DNA from: a virus
Direction: 5' to 3' (one strand)
Length of the DNA stretch: 37,578 nt
IMG/VR virus record: IMGVR_UViG_3300028895_000250
The position numbers were made by a program, and so were the translations under genes. Position 1 is the first letter of the stretch, and the number at the start of each line of letters is the position of its first letter. The notes under the pieces were generated by a model. The model searched no databases. It saw only the letters and a program-made list of their open reading frames with translations, and was not told the DNA's origin. Below are positions 32,866-37,578 of the stretch, piece after piece.

Positions 32866-33162
32866 ATGACAAAGATTAAATACTGGCTCTCATATTTAGT
32901 CCCGGTGTCAGTGATTAACGAATTATATCCGCGTCCGATATGGTTACGACATATAACGCCGTGGTGGTTCCTGTCCTGGCTGTGCAATCATTTCCACTGG
33001 TGTTGGGTTGATGTAGTCATGTGGAAAATGTACGGTTGTGATGGCGATTGGCGTGACCAGGGTTGTGTGCGAGAATCAAAAGATAAACGAAGTCACTATA
33101 CTTGCTATTGTGGCAAATACCAAAATGGAGTCCGCCAGTACCCGAAGGAGGCCACCAAATGA
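32866..33162 (+). CDS. Trp/Cys-rich hypothetical protein (98 aa)
   Basis: ORF with an AAGGAAG RBS, preceded by a 7-bp hairpin (32829..32852). Confidence 0.5.
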   Translation: MTKIKYWLSYLVPVSVINELYPRPIWLRHITPWWFLSWLCNHFHWCWVDVVMWKMYGCDGDWRDQGCVRESKDKRSHYTCYCGKYQNGVRQYPKEATK

Positions 33163-33461
33163 GCGCACAAAATTGGGTTAAAGATTGTTTGGCGCAACCG
33201 TACATACACTCACAGCGGGAAATGAGCGATCCCGCCAAACGATTACGGGAACACCATGACGCTAACTGCCCCGCGCACCTTGCTGTCCGGGCGGCGGCGG
33301 AGAAATACAATGCTGTATTAAGAAAAATTGATTCTGAATGGCCTGCTGTTACTATGTCCGATGTTTGCGAATATTTAACAACAAGCGATGACGAATCATT
33401 TTTTATGTGGTTTGTGCGAAACGGGAAATACAAACAGGAGGCCGGACGTGCCAGAGAATGA
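33159..33461 (+). CDS. Hypothetical protein (100 aa)
   Basis: ATGA overlap with the previous stop. The track start at 33102 was rejected. Confidence 0.5.
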   Translation: MSAQNWVKDCLAQPYIHSQREMSDPAKRLREHHDANCPAHLAVRAAAEKYNAVLRKIDSEWPAVTMSDVCEYLTTSDDESFFMWFVRNGKYKQEAGRARE

Positions 33462-33831
33462 AATGACCCCCGCTGAGTACAATCAAAAGATTGCCGAGTG
33501 GTTGGGCTGGACGGATGCTTGTTGGAGTATAACTGATCAGCTTATAATAGGTACCCCACCACCGAATGCTAAAATAAACGGTCTCACGTATTTTCATCCG
33601 GGCCGTGCAATCACCCCCGACTTCTACCACTCGATGGATGCGTGGATTAGATACAAAGCAATCGAGCAATTTCAAAAAGATTACGAAGTGAATATCTATA
33701 TTGATTTTCAACTCAAGGAAGTGGCAATCGAATTACCGAGCCGGGAACGATTACTATTCCCATTTAATTCAATAACCGACTTACCCGCCGCCCTCTGTTG
33801 GGCGTGGGAAAAAATGGAGGGAGAAGGATAA
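33448..33831 (+). CDS. Hypothetical protein (127 aa), possibly phage ABA-sandwich-domain-like
   Basis: GTG lies 6 nt after AGGAGG (33436..33441). The N-terminal IAEWLGW motif resembles that family. Confidence 0.45.
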   Translation: MPENEMTPAEYNQKIAEWLGWTDACWSITDQLIIGTPPPNAKINGLTYFHPGRAITPDFYHSMDAWIRYKAIEQFQKDYEVNIYIDFQLKEVAIELPSRERLLFPFNSITDLPAALCWAWEKMEGEG

Positions 33832-34088
33832 TGCCCTGTATTCCAATAAAACCATATTTTATATGTCACAGCTTAGGATATATAGAGGCGGCAATTAAAG
33901 CTGAGAAACGACATAAGCGCGGTGAGCGACAATACTGGTGCCCGACTTGTAATCGTTGGCGGTGGTACGAGGAATGTAATCACTCGCCGAGATTTCGAGA
34001 CACCACGAGGGATACGGATGCCTCACGAAAAAAGTTTTTCGATATGGTAAAAAGACAGACTCATCGAAGCGGAATGGCGGGCGATTAA
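33831..34088 (+). CDS. Small Zn-ribbon-like protein (85 aa)
   Basis: TAATG coupling. Cys/His ligands include CPTC. Confidence 0.5.
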   Translation: MPCIPIKPYFICHSLGYIEAAIKAEKRHKRGERQYWCPTCNRWRWYEECNHSPRFRDTTRDTDASRKKFFDMVKRQTHRSGMAGD

Positions 34089-34161
34089 AAGGATGGAGGG
34101 GTGATGTTGAAAGCTACTCAACTGACGGGATCAATTAACTTAGAGGATGGTGGGGAAAACC

Positions 34162-34326
34162 ATGACAAAGACTGACATTGCGATTGAGACATTTTCCAGT
34201 GCTGATGAAGTTTTTGCTTATTTCATCGACGGGTGGGCCGAGGAATATTTGTTCCCCGAAGATTCAAGAGCCGCTGACGATGTGCGGAAAATATTGAGGA
34301 AGGTGATCTATGAACAAAGCGATTGA
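34162..34326 (+). CDS. Small hypothetical protein (54 aa); not in the ORF track
   Basis: Hand translation: MTKTDIAIETFSSADEVFAYFIDGWAEEYLFPEDSRAADDVRKILRKVIYEQSD. GGGGA upstream. Fills an otherwise empty gap. Confidence 0.4.
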   Translation: MTKTDIAIETFSSADEVFAYFIDGWAEEYLFPEDSRAADDVRKILRKVIYEQSD

Positions 34327-34774
34327 AAAACCAAAATTCGTCTGCCCCGAGTGCGGCGGAGAACCCATCGACGTGAATGTATATACCGCTGATTCGACCG
34401 ATGAAGGTTTGATCTGTGATACCATTGTCCACGAATACATCTGTAGTAATGATCACAGATGGCAAGCGTCGGCTACGATTAAACCCGCCGAGCGCGGTGA
34501 GGATGTTCCGCAATTAGCTGAATACTTGTACGATTCACTGGACACCTGCTCGATGATACCGGACGGCGCGGATGAACAGTTTAAAACTGTTCTCACTAAT
34601 GCGCTAAAAATGTATACGGTGAGATTACCCCAGCCCGACACCAAGCAGATCGCGGAACGGGTGGCGGCCAAGCTGCGCAAAACCGGACGATTGAAAATGC
34701 CAGATGGTTCTATTAGTCTACGGGATTACTATGCGAATGTTGAGCGTATAATTGCCGAGGCGTTGGAGGGGTGA
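34310..34774 (+). CDS. Zn-ribbon protein (154 aa)
   Basis: N-terminal CPECGG...C..IVHEYIC. Confidence 0.55.
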   Translation: MNKAIEKPKFVCPECGGEPIDVNVYTADSTDEGLICDTIVHEYICSNDHRWQASATIKPAERGEDVPQLAEYLYDSLDTCSMIPDGADEQFKTVLTNALKMYTVRLPQPDTKQIAERVAAKLRKTGRLKMPDGSISLRDYYANVERIIAEALEG

Positions 34775-34929
34775 TGAATGCTGGACTTACGGGAATTTTG
34801 GGTTTGTGTCTAATACCACTGATTGTCATCCTATGTTGCGCTGCAACACCGTGGCTTGGTATTGTCGTTCTGATAGTGGCAGCGAGAATATTCTGTAAAA
34901 GGTTTAATGAAAAATATTGTAACGACTAA
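34774..34929 (+). CDS. Small two-TM membrane protein (51 aa); not in the ORF track
   Basis: Hand translation: MNAGLTGILGLCLIPLIVILCCAATPWLGIVVLIVAARIFCKRFNEKYCND. TGATG coupling. Confidence 0.45.
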   Translation: MNAGLTGILGLCLIPLIVILCCAATPWLGIVVLIVAARIFCKRFNEKYCND

Positions 34930-34970
34930 CGCGCAAAAGCGGGGGCAACCGCTGCACTACAGGAGGGTCA

Positions 34971-35189
34971 ATGCCACGATGTCCAAAATGCTGGCAAGGT
35001 GTCGGCACACACGAGCATCCTTGCAGGTCGGATCGTGATGATGGTTGCGTGGACCACCAGCCGTTAATCAAACACGGCGATAGCCAGCTGTGGTGTCCCG
35101 TCTGTGAACGATCATGGGATGACTGGCCTAAATGGCCGCTGAAAGTTAAAAATGCGCTCAAAAAAATAAAAGAAATTCAGGCGCCGTAG
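34971..35189 (+). CDS. Zn-ribbon protein (72 aa)
   Basis: CPKC...CPVC pairs. GGAGGG RBS. Confidence 0.55.
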   Translation: MPRCPKCWQGVGTHEHPCRSDRDDGCVDHQPLIKHGDSQLWCPVCERSWDDWPKWPLKVKNALKKIKEIQAP

Positions 35190-35208
35190 GAGGGCAGGGA
35201 GGGTCACA

Positions 35209-36006
35209 GTGGCAAGGAAACGAATGATCGATCCGGGGATCTGGCGTAACAAAGGAATACTCCGGGTTTCCAGAGACGCACGGCTATTATTTATCGGCCT
35301 GATCACATACGCAGACGATTGTGGGTATGGCGACGCCGATCCGATGGCTCTCCGTGCGTCGATATTTCCAGGTGACAGTGACGTGTCCGATACGGACGTG
35401 GAACGGTACCGTGACGAACTCGTTACGGCCAAGCTGGTCGAAATATCCAACGATCTGTACAGGTTGCCGGGATGGTCAAATTTCCAGAAGATACGTTCTG
35501 ACTACAAGTTAGAAGAAAAGTATAAACAGAGGTGGAACGGACCCGTTACGGACCCGTTACGGCACAGTAACGGACCCGAACCACAATACAATACAAGTAA
35601 AGACAATAAAGACAATACAAGTAAAGAGAAGTGTCGGTCGGCAAAGCCGACCTTCATCATCCCCCAAAACTGGCTTCCTGTTTTTGAAATCCTTTCGTCG
35701 ATAGACGCCCGGAGTTACCGGACTCTCAAATTTGACCAGGACTGGATCGACAGACTGGATGAATTCGCCCAAAAGCTGGATGGCGCTGAAGCAGTGACCG
35801 AGGAAGCGAAGAAATTCAAACACTGGCTCATCGGTCGACTCAGTAACGGCGATGAAAAACGAGATAAGCGACACAACCCCAGGGCGCGGTTTTTAAATAC
35901 CTGGTTGGGCAATGCGGTGAAGTACAAACTGGAAAACGCGGGCGAGGAACAAACGCCGGAGCAGGCTGCGGCTGCGGCGATAGAACGGAATAAGGCCCAT
36001 GTCTGA
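35209..36006 (+). CDS. Replication initiator / replisome organiser-like protein with origin embedded in its linker
   Basis: N-terminal winged-helix-like region (RLLFIGLITYADDCGYG). A low-complexity linker is encoded by the iterons and the AT-rich tract, as in lambda O. Confidence 0.6.
   Translation: MARKRMIDPGIWRNKGILRVSRDARLLFIGLITYADDCGYGDADPMALRASIFPGDSDVSDTDVERYRDELVTAKLVEISNDLYRLPGWSNFQKIRSDYKLEEKYKQRWNGPVTDPLRHSNGPEPQYNTSKDNKDNTSKEKCRSAKPTFIIPQNWLPVFEILSSIDARSYRTLKFDQDWIDRLDEFAQKLDGAEAVTEEAKKFKHWLIGRLSNGDEKRDKRHNPRARFLNTWLGNAVKYKLENAGEEQTPEQAAAAAIERNKAHV
35537..35630. promoter_or_regulatory. Candidate origin of replication: 4 x 11-bp iterons plus AT-rich tract with a 16-bp direct repeat
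   Basis: ACGGACCCGTT at 35537 and 35548, ACGGCACAGTA at 35559, ACGGACCCGAA at 35570. ACAATACAAGTAAAGA at 35588..35603 and 35612..35627. Confidence 0.6.
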
Positions 36007-36502
36007 AAAAGATCGTGTTATCAGCGCACAGTTGGTAAAATTCCGGCAAAACTGGCCCAAGCTCACCGAAGGCCAGGATGATATGTACTACCGGAACTTC
36101 AGCGGGATGCGCGAGGATATCATTCCTCTGGTGGCCGACCGTCTACTGGATCTGTGTCAATACCCACCGAAGCAGGCGGACATTCGCAAGGCAGAGAATT
36201 CGTTTATCGTCGAGAAGGACAGCGTTCAACAAACGGAAACATACGCTCACGGCCGGGACCTCACGCCAGAGGAAAAGAAATTCAACACCGCAATGATTCC
36301 TAAGCTGCGCCAGTTGTGTTTTGCGCACGACTTCGATCAGTGGGAAGCCATCATGCAACAGATGGTCCAAGAATCCCGGTGTCATGGGCTGGATCACATC
36401 GCAGAGCAATTTGAAATTCAAATCGAAGATCGGCGGGTCAAAGAAATGTATCGGAAGGAACAACAGGCGACGGAACGCCAGGCCCGCCGGATTAAACAAT
36501 GA
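35999..36502 (+). CDS. Hypothetical replication-module protein (167 aa)
   Basis: ATGTCTGA overlap with the initiator gene. The position usually holds a helicase loader or accessory protein, but no motif was recognised. Confidence 0.5.
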   Translation: MSEKDRVISAQLVKFRQNWPKLTEGQDDMYYRNFSGMREDIIPLVADRLLDLCQYPPKQADIRKAENSFIVEKDSVQQTETYAHGRDLTPEEKKFNTAMIPKLRQLCFAHDFDQWEAIMQQMVQESRCHGLDHIAEQFEIQIEDRRVKEMYRKEQQATERQARRIKQ

Positions 36503-36939
36503 CCAGGTACGAAACACAAACAGATATAAGTCGAGAAGAAACCGCCCGGCTGTGGTTGCAGGATCACTGGCAACGTGAGATAAGGCCGCGCCCTGAGCTG
36601 TCTACCTGGGATTGGGATATCTATCACGACGGAACACTGACGGCTATCGCTGAATTCAAGTACCGAAACAGGGTGCCGGGCCAGTTTCAAACATTTGGCT
36701 TCCCCGAACATAAGCTGGCCGAAATGCTGGAATATGCGCAGGAACAAAACGTCAAGCCACTGTTTATCATGTCATTCACCGGGGATGTTTACTACAAAAT
36801 TCTCGGTGAACACGATTATCGAAACATCGTAGATATTCCACGCAAGGATCGAGGCGGAATAACTGTCAGGTGTGTTGATTTGTATTTTTCGGAAATGAGG
36901 CACATTGGGAAAATGGAGATAGCGTATGCCAATAGTTAA
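36499..36939 (+). CDS. Putative PD-(D/E)XK-fold nuclease (146 aa)
   Basis: DWDIYHDG...AIAEFKYR fits the D...(D/E)xK pattern. ATGA coupling. Confidence 0.4.
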   Translation: MTRYETQTDISREETARLWLQDHWQREIRPRPELSTWDWDIYHDGTLTAIAEFKYRNRVPGQFQTFGFPEHKLAEMLEYAQEQNVKPLFIMSFTGDVYYKILGEHDYRNIVDIPRKDRGGITVRCVDLYFSEMRHIGKMEIAYANS

Positions 36940-37084
36940 ACGCCGACTGACCGCTGAAGTCGGAATGCAGTTGATCTGGACGTGTCCGAATTGTGCGAAC
37001 GTCCACGTCATGCCGCCACGGAACAACGTCAAGAAAGGTCGCTGCGTTATGTGCGGCGGAGAGTATCCGTTTGATGCCAGTTAG
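36926..37084 (+). CDS. Small Zn-ribbon protein (52 aa); not in the ORF track
   Basis: Hand translation: MPIVKRRLTAEVGMQLIWTCPNCANVHVMPPRNNVKKGRCVMCGGEYPFDAS. Confidence 0.45.
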   Translation: MPIVKRRLTAEVGMQLIWTCPNCANVHVMPPRNNVKKGRCVMCGGEYPFDAS

Positions 37085-37122
37085 CTAAAACCGAAACTCG
37101 AAAAGATCAGAGGGCAGTTGCC

Positions 37123-37572
37123 ATGATTGAATTTTTCATCCCAGGTCCGCCGGTTGCACAACAGCGGGCGAAGACGAGAGTAGCCAAAGTTCCGGGCGGC
37201 GGCGTCCGGGTGCTCGGTAAGTATGACCCAGAGAAATGCAAGAACTTCAAAAGCCACGTGGCCGATGTTGCATTTCAGAAAGTCACCGAATGTTACGGGC
37301 CGGACGTACCCATCGCCCTGGACATGGTATTTTTCGTACAGCGACCGGCGTCAGTCACCATCAAGAAACGGCCACTGCCGATCAAAAAACCCGATTGGGA
37401 TAACTTCGGCAAGGGGCCGTCCGATGCAATGGAGACAATCGTCTACCATAACGACAGCCAGGTAGTCGATTGTCGAGTGAGAAAATTCTACGCCGATAAT
37501 CATCCGGTCGGCGCACTGTTGAAAATCGTAGAAGTCAAACCGCAGGAGGTACAAAATGAATTTTCGCTGTGA
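37123..37572 (+). CDS. rusA: RusA-family Holliday junction resolvase
   Basis: PPVAQQRAK...KPDWDNFGKGPSDAME...YHNDSQV is the RusA signature (KPDxDN...D). The gene spans the contig overlap. Confidence 0.85.
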   Translation: MIEFFIPGPPVAQQRAKTRVAKVPGGGVRVLGKYDPEKCKNFKSHVADVAFQKVTECYGPDVPIALDMVFFVQRPASVTIKKRPLPIKKPDWDNFGKGPSDAMETIVYHNDSQVVDCRVRKFYADNHPVGALLKIVEVKPQEVQNEFSL

Positions 37573-37578
37573 TCTGGA
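37435..37578. repeat. Terminal exact direct repeat, copy 2 (identical to 1..144)
   Basis: Compared base by base with 1..144. Confidence 0.97.

Larger units (their letters stand above)
1..37578. mobile_element. Complete temperate tailed-phage (siphovirus-like) genome, circularly closed contig
   Basis: Full set of integrase/repressor, replication, packaging, HK97-type head, tail and lysis genes. The ends overlap exactly by 144 bp. Confidence 0.9.

Overview
The window is one complete temperate tailed-phage genome, siphovirus-like with HK97-type head genes. It is linearised inside its rusA gene: bases 1..144 are identical to 37435..37578, so the unique unit is 37,434 bp and closes into a circle.

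Layout:
- A minus-strand lysogeny block (25973..28071) encodes a tyrosine integrase, a translationally coupled lipoprotein and an XRE/CI-like repressor.
- A divergent switch region separates it from a long plus-strand transcription unit.
- That unit starts with a Cro-position small protein and an Xis-like HTH protein, followed by a 480-bp structured non-coding stretch.
- Early genes follow: an octapeptide tandem-repeat protein, a Cas4-like exonuclease + Sak4-like ATPase + SSB recombination module, several Zn-ribbon proteins, a replication initiator with an internal iteron origin, and RusA.
- Across the circle junction come TerS and a GpA-type TerL, a portal-MuF fusion and a prohead-protease-scaffold-capsid fusion.
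- Then come neck genes, the tail tube, G/GT chaperones with a -1 slippery site, tape measure, baseplate proteins and a 1314-aa fibre with a CE4 deacetylase domain.
- The unit ends with a lysis cassette: NlpC/P60 endolysin, holin, a secreted beta-rich protein and a patatin-like phospholipase.
- attP, with a tRNA 3'-end-like core and arm-type repeats, lies next to int.

No CRISPR array, rRNA, complete tRNA, reverse transcriptase or transposase was seen.

Best candidates for something new:
1. The immediate-early module at 28553..30407, which pairs structured RNA with a 24-bp x ~15.6 repeat protein that has a TALE-like variable diresidue.
2. The spanin-less lysis cassette ending in an intact patatin-like phospholipase.
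3. Several Sec-signal or TM-bearing ORFs embedded in the virion-assembly operon.

All functional calls come from motif recognition by eye and gene order. No database search was run.
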